Sequence record: DRR723986_4205
Direction: 5' to 3' (one strand)
Length of the DNA stretch: 64,000 bases
This document shows positions 20,444 through 29,043 of the stretch, one piece after another. Both the position numbers and the translations under genes were made by a program. The stretch's first letter is position 1. Every line of letters begins with the position of its first letter. The notes beneath the pieces were generated by a model. The model saw nothing but the letters and a program-made list of their open reading frames with translations, was not told the DNA's origin and searched no databases.

Positions 20444-21142
20444 ATGAGCGCTCGCATACTGATAGTCGATGACGACACCGAGCTGTGCGAGCTGATGATC
20501 GACTTTCTCCGCCTGGAGGGCTTCTCAGCCGCAGCTATCCACGATGGCGAAGAGGCTATTGCGCGCCTGCCGCTGGAACCGGTTGACGCTATCGTCCTGG
20601 ATATCATGCTGCCAGGCATGCAGGGCCTGGAGGTATTGCGCAAGCTGCGCCAGTTCAGCGATCTCCCGGTACTGATGCTTACCGCCCGGGGAGAAGATGG
20701 CGACCGCATCCTCGGCCTGGAACTGGGTGCGGACGATTACCTGCCCAAGCCCTGCAACCCCCGAGAGCTGGCAGCGCGCTTACGCGCGATCCTGCGACGC
20801 ACCGCCTCCGGCCAGAATACAGCTGCGGACCTGGAGATCGGTGCAACCCGTCTCAATACCGGTAATCGCAGCGTCACCTACAACGGCCAAGCCCTCGAAC
20901 TCACCAGCGCCGAATTCAATCTCCTGCACGCCCTGCTGACCCGCGCCGGGGAAGTCGTGGACAAGGACACGCTCAGCCGCGAAGCGCTCGGACGCCCGCT
21001 GAACGCCTACGATCGCAGTGTTGATGTGCACATCAGCAAAATCCGCCGCAAGCTTGCGGCCCTTGGTGCCAGCGACCTGATTATCAGCGTGCGCGGGGCC
21101 GGCTACCAGTTTGCGACCGGCAAGCAGAGAGCAGGCGCCTGA
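20444..21142 (+). CDS. OmpR-family response regulator (CpxR-like)
   Basis: ILIVDDD, LDIMLP, LTARG, GLELGADDYLPKP, YDRSVDVHISKIRRKL, VRGAGY. Confidence 0.9.
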   Translation: MSARILIVDDDTELCELMIDFLRLEGFSAAAIHDGEEAIARLPLEPVDAIVLDIMLPGMQGLEVLRKLRQFSDLPVLMLTARGEDGDRILGLELGADDYLPKPCNPRELAARLRAILRRTASGQNTAADLEIGATRLNTGNRSVTYNGQALELTSAEFNLLHALLTRAGEVVDKDTLSREALGRPLNAYDRSVDVHISKIRRKLAALGASDLIISVRGAGYQFATGKQRAGA

Positions 21143-21144
21143 CC

Positions 21145-22494
21145 ATGGGCGGCAATCTGTTTATCAAGATCTTCATCGGCTTCTGGCTGATCACCATTGC
21201 GGTCCTCGGCAGCTGGACCCTTGCATTGCGCTACTTCGACGAGTTGCCGGATCCCGAGCTGCGGGCTGGTGGCACACCGCCGCGCTTCCTGTTGCGCCTG
21301 ACCTATGCGCTGGAAAATGCACCGCAGCGGGAACTGGCGGCGATCGTCAGGCGCGCAAAGGAAGACAAGCGGGTGGATATCTACCTGCTGGACTCTGCAG
21401 GGCGGGAGATTCTCGGGCAGCCGGTGCCGGGGGTTGCCCGGCGTATTGCGGCACAGCTGTCGGGCGAGCGTCGACGCGCTGCGGCGCGCACCGAGCAAGG
21501 CCACTTTATCGGCCAGCAGCTCTATCGGACGGAAGGCGAACCACTGCGCGCGGTAATCCGCATCACGCCGCCACGCCCGGTTGTCGCGGCCCTGGGATCG
21601 AGCCCACTGCTGCGGCTGGGCCTGGCGGTGCTGATCAGCGGCGTACTCTGTTTCCTGCTGTCGCGGCTGCTAACCCGGCGCCTTCGGGCCGTCCAGGAGG
21701 CCAGCCGCAAGCTGGCAGGGGGCGCACTCGATACCCGTATTCCGGTCAGCGCACGAGGCGGCGATGAAACCACCGCGCTGGCCCGCGACTTCAATACCAT
21801 GGCCAGCCAATTGCAGGCGCGCGTGGAGGGCCAGAGACGCCTGCTACAGGATGTGTCCCATGAACTGCGCTCCCCGCTGGCCCGGCTGCGTATCGCCCTG
21901 GCCCTGGCACAGGAACAACCGGCGCAGAGCGCTGCCCATATAGCCCGAATCGAACGGGAGGCGGAGCGGCTCGATGAACTGATCGCCCAACTGCTCTCCA
22001 GTCAGGCGGAAGCGATCGTGCTCGACTCACACATCGACCTGGTAGCGCTGCTGTCGAAGCTGACCGAGGATGCGGATTTCGAAGCCCGGTCGGAGGGCAA
22101 GCGAGTGGGCTTTTTTACCGATCGCGAGGAAGCGGTAGTGACCAGCTCGAGCGACCTGTTACTCAAGTGTTTTGAGAACATCCTGCGCAATGCGGTGAAA
22201 TACACCGGCTCGGGCACCGAAGTCAGCGTGGACTTGCGGGCCACAGACGAAGGCTACAGCGTCTGCATCGATGATCGCGGGCCCGGGGTACCGGAGGCGG
22301 AGCTACAGCGAATATTCGACCCACTCTATCGCATTGATACCGTTCGCACCCGGACCACGGGAGGTTACGGTCTCGGTCTGGCAATCGCCCGGCGCGCCAT
22401 CGAGCAGCATGGCGGTCAGCTGCAGGCGCTCAATACCGGCGAAGGCCTGCGCATCGTTGCCAGCCTGCCGGCGGAGTTCGACGCGGCGAGTTGA
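21145..22494 (+). CDS. HAMP-domain sensor histidine kinase (CpxA-like)
   Basis: Two TM segments, HAMP, H-box DVSHELRSPLARL, ENILRNAVKY, DRGPGV, GYGLGLAI. Confidence 0.9.
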   Translation: MGGNLFIKIFIGFWLITIAVLGSWTLALRYFDELPDPELRAGGTPPRFLLRLTYALENAPQRELAAIVRRAKEDKRVDIYLLDSAGREILGQPVPGVARRIAAQLSGERRRAAARTEQGHFIGQQLYRTEGEPLRAVIRITPPRPVVAALGSSPLLRLGLAVLISGVLCFLLSRLLTRRLRAVQEASRKLAGGALDTRIPVSARGGDETTALARDFNTMASQLQARVEGQRRLLQDVSHELRSPLARLRIALALAQEQPAQSAAHIARIEREAERLDELIAQLLSSQAEAIVLDSHIDLVALLSKLTEDADFEARSEGKRVGFFTDREEAVVTSSSDLLLKCFENILRNAVKYTGSGTEVSVDLRATDEGYSVCIDDRGPGVPEAELQRIFDPLYRIDTVRTRTTGGYGLGLAIARRAIEQHGGQLQALNTGEGLRIVASLPAEFDAAS

Positions 22495-22514
22495 CCGCGC
22501 TCCCCGTCCCAAGG

Positions 22515-23210
22515 CTAGCGCAGGCGGAACCAGCCGCTGACCGCGAGGCGTGGCCGCGGCGCGAAAGGACTGATACAAGTGACCGCGTGCACGTGCTCCA
22601 CATCGAAGAGCGACAGCGTATTGAAATCCGGTGACCAGGCATCGCGGGGAGTGCCATCCTTGCGATAGAACTGCAGCAGGCCGCCCCAATCGGGATGCCA
22701 CTGGGGTGACACATTGATCACAAAAGCCAGCCGTCGCTGCTCTTCGGTCACCACGTCCTGGTGGCGGGTGAGAAAGTCACCGGATTTAAAGCGAGTGGCC
22801 TGGGCGGAAGCACTGCGCAAGTCAGCATCACCGCTTATTCGGGAAATGGCTGCCAAAAGATCCGCGCTGTTCAACCAATGGAACAGGCCACCGAGCACGC
22901 CCGTGTCTTCCTGGTTGATTGCGCGCCGCCCGTACCAGAAGCCAACGCCTCGCGCCGCCTGCTCGAGCACGCCCTGGAGCAGGCGCTCGCGGTCTTCCTG
23001 GGGCAAGGCTCGCAATTCGGTATCCGCAACCTCACCGTAGTTGTTGTCCAGCACGAAAGCGTTCCGGTACAGCGTTTGCTCCGCCAGGGCCTGACTGAGA
23101 GTCCGGCTCTGGTCCTCCGGCAGGAGATTACTTATCCGCACGCGGCGATCCTCGCGAAACTCGCGGCTCAGCTGATCGAGATCCAACTGCGGGTTGAGGT
23201 GAAAATCCAT
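22515..23210 (-). CDS. 2OG-Fe(II) oxygenase (prolyl-hydroxylase-like)
   Basis: GDFLTRHQD (HxD), WHPDWGGLLQF, HAV, RLAVSGW. Confidence 0.85.
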   Translation of the reverse strand: MDFHLNPQLDLDQLSREFREDRRVRISNLLPEDQSRTLSQALAEQTLYRNAFVLDNNYGEVADTELRALPQEDRERLLQGVLEQAARGVGFWYGRRAINQEDTGVLGGLFHWLNSADLLAAISRISGDADLRSASAQATRFKSGDFLTRHQDVVTEEQRRLAFVINVSPQWHPDWGGLLQFYRKDGTPRDAWSPDFNTLSLFDVEHVHAVTCISPFAPRPRLAVSGWFRLR

Positions 23211-23310
23211 GGGAGGCACTTCCTGCTCGGCTGCTATCGGCGCAGATTATACCTGTGCCGCCGCCATCCTGCCCCGCCTGTCGCCCGAGGAGTTGCCCGC
23301 TCATGTGCGG

Positions 23311-23943
23311 TCAGGGTAGTGGCAATCCCCGCTGCGAGCGCAGGGCGGGTTGCGGGCGCGAAACCCCAAACCCCTCACCAGCGGGACCGGTGTCTGGCGC
23401 GGGATAAAACAACAGCAGGCGTCCACGCCCACTTACCGGGTCCAGCCAGAGTTCGCGAAACTGGTGCGCGCTCAAGCGCCTGTTGCCCCAGGCGGGGTCA
23501 GCGAGCTGCACTGCGCCGCCAGGATCGACGCCGGCAATCACCGAGAAATGGCTCCAGCCATCGCGCTGCAAGTGGGCGATCGCCGGGACCCGAAGTCGGG
23601 GGAGTTCTGCAGCGACGAGGGAGACACCCTGGCCCTGCAGCCCGAACTCGGCGGCCAGGACCGCCAGGGTGGCGAAAGACATTCCGGCTGTCTCCCAGTT
23701 TGCGGGCAGGCGCAGACCGGGCGATGGATCAGCCAGCAGGCCTAATACAGCAGCTTCGTCCACCTCCCGTTCATAGTAGGCGCTGAGCAGGGTCGCCAGC
23801 GCTGCAGCGCCGCAGCTGTAATCCCGTGACTGGCGCACAATGCCCAGATCACGAAGAGTGCGCCAGTCCCGGAACGCGGGATTGCCGTTGGCGGCAACAG
23901 CGGCCGCCGAGGCGATCAACAATAAACCGGCGCCAAGGCTCAG
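23311..23943 (-). CDS. Stand-alone C39 family cysteine peptidase with signal-peptide-like N-terminus
   Basis: VRQSRDYSCGAAALATLL (catalytic Cys), HFSV (His), LADPAWGN (Asp). No ABC domain. Start uncertain (CTG 23943 or TTG 23922). Confidence 0.85.
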   Translation of the reverse strand: MSLGAGLLLIASAAAVAANGNPAFRDWRTLRDLGIVRQSRDYSCGAAALATLLSAYYEREVDEAAVLGLLADPSPGLRLPANWETAGMSFATLAVLAAEFGLQGQGVSLVAAELPRLRVPAIAHLQRDGWSHFSVIAGVDPGGAVQLADPAWGNRRLSAHQFRELWLDPVSGRGRLLLFYPAPDTGPAGEGFGVSRPQPALRSQRGLPLP

Positions 23944-24242
23944 TCGAAAGGAAAAGCGCGCGGTGGTTCCCAGCCGGGTTCGATGACGCCCTCGGCGCGC
24001 AGCTCTGCCAGGGTCTTGCGCCTGGCCAGGTACAGGGCAAGCGCGTTGCACACGGCAAAGCCCGCACAACAAATGATCAAGGCCGGTATCACGCTCACGG
24101 TCGGCCAAACGAGCATAACGGGCAGCATGACGCACAGCACCAGTACCGAGAAACTGCCACCGCAGTACTGCGCCCAACGCCGATTGCAGCGCTGCCGGAA
24201 CGCTTCGGTTCTCTCCCGTTGTAGCCAGAGTGGATGCTTCAT
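23940..24242 (-). CDS. Small membrane protein, candidate immunity protein
   Basis: 100 aa, GGAG SD before the ATG, about two hydrophobic segments flanked by basic residues. Lies between the precursor and the C39 gene. Confidence 0.65.
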   Translation of the reverse strand: MKHPLWLQRERTEAFRQRCNRRWAQYCGGSFSVLVLCVMLPVMLVWPTVSVIPALIICCAGFAVCNALALYLARRKTLAELRAEGVIEPGWEPPRAFPFD

Positions 24243-24303
24243 CGTCTCGACTCCAGGACCAGGACAGTTTCACCATAGCAAATCGTAGCGTGATACCGGA
24301 AGC

Positions 24304-24612
24304 TCACGGATTTTCCGGGAGCGCGCCACTGCTGCCGTAATGCGGCACATATACGCCCCAGAACACACCCATCAGAGCGATATCGACGCCGGCGATTGCC
24401 AGGGCGAGTCCCAGCGGCGCAAATCGGCCCTGGGTCGCTGACATCTCAGTCTCGCTCAGCAGCGCCACGCCTGATGACAGCCCCGCGCTGTCGACGAAGG
24501 CAGCACTGACCGCCTCACCGCCGGGGGCGGTAAATTGCGGACCCGCCATTGCCGGCTGGGCGGCCAGGCCGGCAATGGCCAGCGGTAGTATCAATTTCCT
24601 GATTGTTTTCAT
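24304..24612 (-). CDS. Secreted peptide precursor: Sec signal, LSETEMSATQG leader motif, hydrophobic 40-aa core
   Basis: Strong SD AAGGAG 7 nt before the ATG at 24612. 102 aa, MKTIRKLILPLAIAGLAAQPAMA-...LLSETEMSATQG-RFAPLGLALAIAGV... Confidence 0.8.
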   Translation of the reverse strand: MKTIRKLILPLAIAGLAAQPAMAGPQFTAPGGEAVSAAFVDSAGLSSGVALLSETEMSATQGRFAPLGLALAIAGVDIALMGVFWGVYVPHYGSSGALPENP

Positions 24613-24676
24613 GGTATGACTCCTTGTCAGTTGTCGCGACCGGGATCCCTCCCCGCCGCTGCTTGTCCCACTCTCG

Positions 24677-25543
24677 CTAAAAACGGTATATCCAGTCCAC
24701 GGCCAGGCGACTGGACCGCGCTCCACTGGCGGCATAGTCGACTTCGAAAAAAATCGTCGAAGCGGGACCCGGTGCCAGGCCCATACCCAGGCGCAGGCTG
24801 GTGAGCGTGCTGCGCGGCGCGACCTCCCTGCCCCCCAGCGTATCGGCGCCGGTGACAGACAGGCCCGCACCGGCAATCAGGGTAACCTCGGGGTTGACGG
24901 CAAAGTTGAGCTGGGGAGCCAGCCAAACCACATCCCCCGGATCCAGTCGGTCGGCGCTCAAAGCGCGTGGCCGGCGCCACTCGTAACCGGCGGCCAGCGA
25001 CAGGACCACCGGGTCCAATGAGCGATAGGCGGTGGCAGCGGCCCGGTAGGCGGTGCCATAGGCCGTTGCGACACCGGAAAGTGACGAACTGTCTGCCAAA
25101 CGGGTGCCCAGCTGTAACAGCAGGGCCGGGCTGGAGCCCTCGGCAATGGCCAGCCAGTTCAGGCCGAGGTCGAGACTCTGGCGGGTTTCGCGGCGGGTGA
25201 ACGCACCCGGCTGCCGCCAGCGCAGCTGGTTCACCGAGACCCTGGCATTCACTTCCAATGCCCGGCCGACCCCGTAGCGAAGGCTGCTGTTGAACTCCGT
25301 GACTTCCAACTCCTGCCGCAGCAGCAGTTGGGCCCCACCTACCTGCAGGGTTGGTTCGACAAGGGGCAGATGATCCTCACCGTGGCGGAAAGCCGTTCCG
25401 GTTTCCAGCTTGAGTACCGATTCCTCAACCAGCAGCTCCTCAATGTTCAGTGGCATACTGGCGCCGACCGGCCGGGCAGCCAAAAGCAATACCACCAGCA
25501 ACACAAATAGCCCAACAGGCAGCTTGAAACAGTGGCGGTTCAC
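24677..25543 (-). CDS. Outer-membrane beta-barrel (FapF / 'MetA-pathway of phenol degradation'-like transporter family)
   Basis: GGAGG SD with GTG start, signal peptide, SLRYGV..LEV, YRSLDPVVLS, LNFAVNPEVTL, alternating beta-strand pattern, C-terminal WIYRF beta-signal. Confidence 0.75.
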   Translation of the reverse strand: MNRHCFKLPVGLFVLLVVLLLAARPVGASMPLNIEELLVEESVLKLETGTAFRHGEDHLPLVEPTLQVGGAQLLLRQELEVTEFNSSLRYGVGRALEVNARVSVNQLRWRQPGAFTRRETRQSLDLGLNWLAIAEGSSPALLLQLGTRLADSSSLSGVATAYGTAYRAAATAYRSLDPVVLSLAAGYEWRRPRALSADRLDPGDVVWLAPQLNFAVNPEVTLIAGAGLSVTGADTLGGREVAPRSTLTSLRLGMGLAPGPASTIFFEVDYAASGARSSRLAVDWIYRF

Positions 25544-25693
25544 GGTAAGCCCTCCCTGGCATTAACGTAGTCGCTACACCGTCAGCATGGCCCGGCCGGG
25601 TTCAAATAGGTAGCTCCGAAACAAGCAAAATCCATCGCTAGCGATTACTCGCCGATGCTAGAATCTCCGGCGCAAACCACAAGGGATATGGCA

Positions 25694-26518
25694 ATGCTCG
25701 ACATCAAAGCAATGGCAGGTTCACTGGGGGCGGAAATCCACGGTATGGACCTGTCCCGGGACCTGGGCGATGACGACATCTTGCGCCTGCGCAAGCTGCT
25801 GAACGAGTACGAGGTCATTTTTTTCCGCGATCAGGACATCAGCCCCGCACGCCAGAAAGCGCTCGCACTGAGCTTTGGTCCCTTACAGACCCACCCTGCC
25901 TACGCCACCGTCGAGGGCTTCCCGGAGATCACCATTCTGGAGAGCACCCCGGAGAAGCCCACCAAGATCGAGGCATGGCACTCGGATATGACGTTTCGGC
26001 TGCACCCGCCACTGGGCACGGTATTGAAGTCGGTGGTGGTGCCCCCCAAGGGCGGTGACACCCTGTGGTCGAGCATGACCGCCGCCTACAACGGTCTTTC
26101 TCCGCAAATGCAGAAATTCCTGGAAGGCCTGACCGCCGTGCACGATTTCAGCTACGGCTTCAAGGAAAGCCTTGCCGAGCCCGGCGGGCGCGAGCGCCTC
26201 GCGGACGCGGTGGCTGCAAATCCGCCGGTAAAACACCCGGTGATCCGCACCCACCCGGAGACCGGCAAGAAAGTTATCTTTGTGAATTCCCTGTTTACCA
26301 CGCACATCGAGGGCATGCGCGCCACAGAGAGTCGGGCCATCCTCGACTTTCTCTATGAACATATCAAGACGCCGGAATACACCGTGCGTTTCAGCTGGCA
26401 ACCACACAGTATCGCCATCTGGGACAATCGCAGCACCCAGCACAAGCCGGTAAACGACTACTTCCCGCATCACCGGCGCATGGAGCGCATCACCATAGAC
26501 GGTGACAAGCCCTACTAG
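25694..26518 (+). CDS. TauD/TfdA family alpha-ketoglutarate-dependent dioxygenase
   Basis: LGAEIHG, WHSDMTF (HxD), GGDTLW, HPVIRTHPETG, WDNRSTQH. Confidence 0.92.
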   Translation: MLDIKAMAGSLGAEIHGMDLSRDLGDDDILRLRKLLNEYEVIFFRDQDISPARQKALALSFGPLQTHPAYATVEGFPEITILESTPEKPTKIEAWHSDMTFRLHPPLGTVLKSVVVPPKGGDTLWSSMTAAYNGLSPQMQKFLEGLTAVHDFSYGFKESLAEPGGRERLADAVAANPPVKHPVIRTHPETGKKVIFVNSLFTTHIEGMRATESRAILDFLYEHIKTPEYTVRFSWQPHSIAIWDNRSTQHKPVNDYFPHHRRMERITIDGDKPY

Positions 26519-28035
26519 GCCTGGTCGCTGTTGAGGTGCACCTCGCCGGCGCGGATGCGCCGGATGTAGTCGTGTACGTCCCGCTTGACCTCAGGGGCGA
26601 ACAGATACAAGCCGAGGATGTTGGGGATGGCGATCAGGAACACCATGGCATCGGAGAAATCCAGCACTGCTGAGAGCTGGATCATGCAGCCCAGGGCGAT
26701 GAAAGCGCAGAACACCCCCTTGAAGATCATCTGGGTAAATACACCCTCGCCGAACAGGTAGGTCCAGCCTTTGAGCCCGTAGTACGACCAGGAGATACTG
26801 GTCGAGAAGGCGAACAGCAGCGCAGCCACCGCCAGCGGGTACGGCGCCCAGCTGATATGGTGCTCAAAGGCGGCCGAGGTCAGGGCAATACCTTCCAGGC
26901 CGCTGTCGATGATGCCGTAGGGATAGGCCGTGGTCACAATGACCAGCGAGCTCAGGGTGCAGATCACCACCGTATCGATGAACGGCTCCAGCAGGGAGAC
27001 CAGACCTTCCGAGGCCGGATTATTTGTCTGTACCGCCGAGTGGGCAATCGAGGCCGAACCGATACCCGCCTCATTTGAGAACAGGGCCCGCTGGAAACCC
27101 ACGATGATCGCGCCGACCATGCCGCCGGTCACGCTCTCCATACTGAAGGCGCTGGTTACAATGAGCTTTATCGCGCCCGGAACGTGCTGGTAGCTCATGG
27201 CGATAATGATTAACGCGGACACGGTGTAGAGTATGCCCATGAAGGGCACGATGTGCGCCGCCACCCTGGCGATGGAGCGAATACCGCCAATAATCACCAG
27301 GCCGACAGCGCCGGCGATTGCCAGGCCAAACAGCCAGCCCTTGTCGGCAAAGAAACTCTCCTCGCCACCGGTGATCACCACAAACTGCACGTAGGCCTGG
27401 TTGGACTGGAACATATTGCCAATCCCCAGGCAGCCGATCACCAGCGCGAGGCCGTAGAATCCACCAAGCAGTTTACCCAGCCGCGGCAGCTTGCGATCCG
27501 CCAGGTAGCGCTCCAGGTAGTACATGGGTCCGCCGGATACCGAGCCATCCGGGTTGTGGCGCCGGTACTTGACCCCCAGGGTGCACTCCACCAGCTTGGT
27601 GGACATTGACAGGAAACCCGCCACGATCAGCCAGAAGGCCGCGCCCGGGCCACCGATCACAATAGCGACCGCCACCCCGCCGATATTGCCAATGCCGACC
27701 GTACCGGATACCGCGGTGGCCACCGCCTGGAAATGTGAAATCTCTCCCCGGGCCTTCGGGTTGTGGAAATGCCCGCGCACATGCCGCAGCGCCAGGCCAA
27801 AACCCCGGATATTGATAAAGCCCATGTAGAAAGTGAAAAACAGGGCTGCGGATGCCAGCCACAGCACGATCAGTGGAAATGGCTGGCCGAACAGGTCAAT
27901 CGGGAAGAACACGATATCTGCCAGCCCGTTGGCGAACGGCCTGACCAGCGCCTCCACCTGTTGGTCAAAGGTGGCGGCCCGGGCAGAGCCGGTACCCAGC
28001 AGCAGGGCTGGCAGTGCCAGATTGGCAAATTTCAT
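26515..28035 (-). CDS. Alanine/glycine:cation symporter family (AGCS) transporter
   Basis: GEISHFQA..SGTVGIGNIGGVA, GGPGAAFW, GGPMYY, RALFSNEAGIGSA, EPFIDTVVICT. Confidence 0.92.
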   Translation of the reverse strand: MKFANLALPALLLGTGSARAATFDQQVEALVRPFANGLADIVFFPIDLFGQPFPLIVLWLASAALFFTFYMGFINIRGFGLALRHVRGHFHNPKARGEISHFQAVATAVSGTVGIGNIGGVAVAIVIGGPGAAFWLIVAGFLSMSTKLVECTLGVKYRRHNPDGSVSGGPMYYLERYLADRKLPRLGKLLGGFYGLALVIGCLGIGNMFQSNQAYVQFVVITGGEESFFADKGWLFGLAIAGAVGLVIIGGIRSIARVAAHIVPFMGILYTVSALIIIAMSYQHVPGAIKLIVTSAFSMESVTGGMVGAIIVGFQRALFSNEAGIGSASIAHSAVQTNNPASEGLVSLLEPFIDTVVICTLSSLVIVTTAYPYGIIDSGLEGIALTSAAFEHHISWAPYPLAVAALLFAFSTSISWSYYGLKGWTYLFGEGVFTQMIFKGVFCAFIALGCMIQLSAVLDFSDAMVFLIAIPNILGLYLFAPEVKRDVHDYIRRIRAGEVHLNSDQA

Positions 28036-28131
28036 TCGATTCCCGGGGTGCGCAACATTAATCGACCATGCTCGCACAGCCGGTCCGGGCTGCCAAGCGC
28101 ACGCGCCAGCGAAGCGCTGGCACTGCCTGCG

Positions 28132-29043
28132 TCAGGCGGGGACTGCGTGACGTATCAGTTGGCCATAGCCGGTGAAAACGGGCACCTCATCGAGCGCATG
28201 CTGGCGGCGCAGGTGCGCGCGCAGCGCTTTCAGCCGGTAGCACGGTACGCTGGCCATGAAGTGATGCTCCATGTGGTAGTTGACTCCGTTGGGCGCCATC
28301 AGCCAGCGCTGCCACCAGGGCGCGTCCACCGTCCGCGTATTCATGCGCGGATCGAGATCGTATAGATCGGGAACAGCCGCGTGCTCGGCCACCTGGCGCA
28401 GGCGAATAACCAGCATGAAGGTGGTAAGGAAAGCGCCAAGCCAGACCAGATATGTCCAGCCTATGCCGCACAGCCACAAAACCGCGAACAAGCCGAACTG
28501 GACCAGCAGCATCTGCAGCGCCGGCGTGGCACTCTCGCGCTGTTCACGACTGATCGCACCGGACGCCCCGCGGGCAATCGCCGACAGCAGCTTGAACCCG
28601 GTCTGGCCCGTCAGGTCACGGGTTAGCTTGCGCCGGAAGCTCTCGCGGGAGATCGGGTAGGCCTGGTAGTTCGGAAGATCCGGATCCTCGTGCGTCCCGG
28701 CCTTGCGATGGTGTTCCAGGTGACCGCGGGCATAGGACGGCAGATCATTGAATACTGGCAGAGCGCAGAACCACTGACCGATGACATCATTGAGACGGGG
28801 GGTGCGAAACAGCGTCCGGTGACCAGCTTCGTGCATCAGCACCGACAGGCCAAGCTGCCGACCGGCGAGCAGCACCAGCGCCAGCACAATGGTCAGCGGA
28901 TTCGGATAGGCGCCGACCACAGCAAGAATCACGGCGATGGCCAACCAATTGCTGAGAAACAGTCGCCAGGCATGGAAATCGCTCTTGGCGGTAAACCGGG
29001 CGATATCCTGCTTGCTCAGGTAGTCACCGATTTTCATGGCCAT
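28132..29043 (-). CDS. Membrane fatty-acid desaturase family protein
   Basis: Histidine boxes HEAGH, HLEHH, EH, YHMEHH, with TM segments. Confidence 0.88.
   Translation of the reverse strand: MAMKIGDYLSKQDIARFTAKSDFHAWRLFLSNWLAIAVILAVVGAYPNPLTIVLALVLLAGRQLGLSVLMHEAGHRTLFRTPRLNDVIGQWFCALPVFNDLPSYARGHLEHHRKAGTHEDPDLPNYQAYPISRESFRRKLTRDLTGQTGFKLLSAIARGASGAISREQRESATPALQMLLVQFGLFAVLWLCGIGWTYLVWLGAFLTTFMLVIRLRQVAEHAAVPDLYDLDPRMNTRTVDAPWWQRWLMAPNGVNYHMEHHFMASVPCYRLKALRAHLRRQHALDEVPVFTGYGQLIRHAVPA

Noticed and set aside
23944-24276. N-terminal extension of the C39 ORF to 24276 as given in the ORF track
   Set aside because: It would fully overlap the 100-aa membrane gene, which has a good SD, and the extension reads as out-of-frame sequence.
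24613-24876. N-terminal extension of the precursor ORF (190-aa version)
   Set aside because: It overlaps the barrel gene. The strong SD and signal peptide point to the ATG at 24612.
23311-25543. Canonical Fap amyloid operon or classical PCAT microcin cluster
   Set aside because: There are no FapB/FapC-like Asn/Gln-rich repeat subunits and no ABC transporter/HlyD genes. Only the C39 and barrel components are shared.
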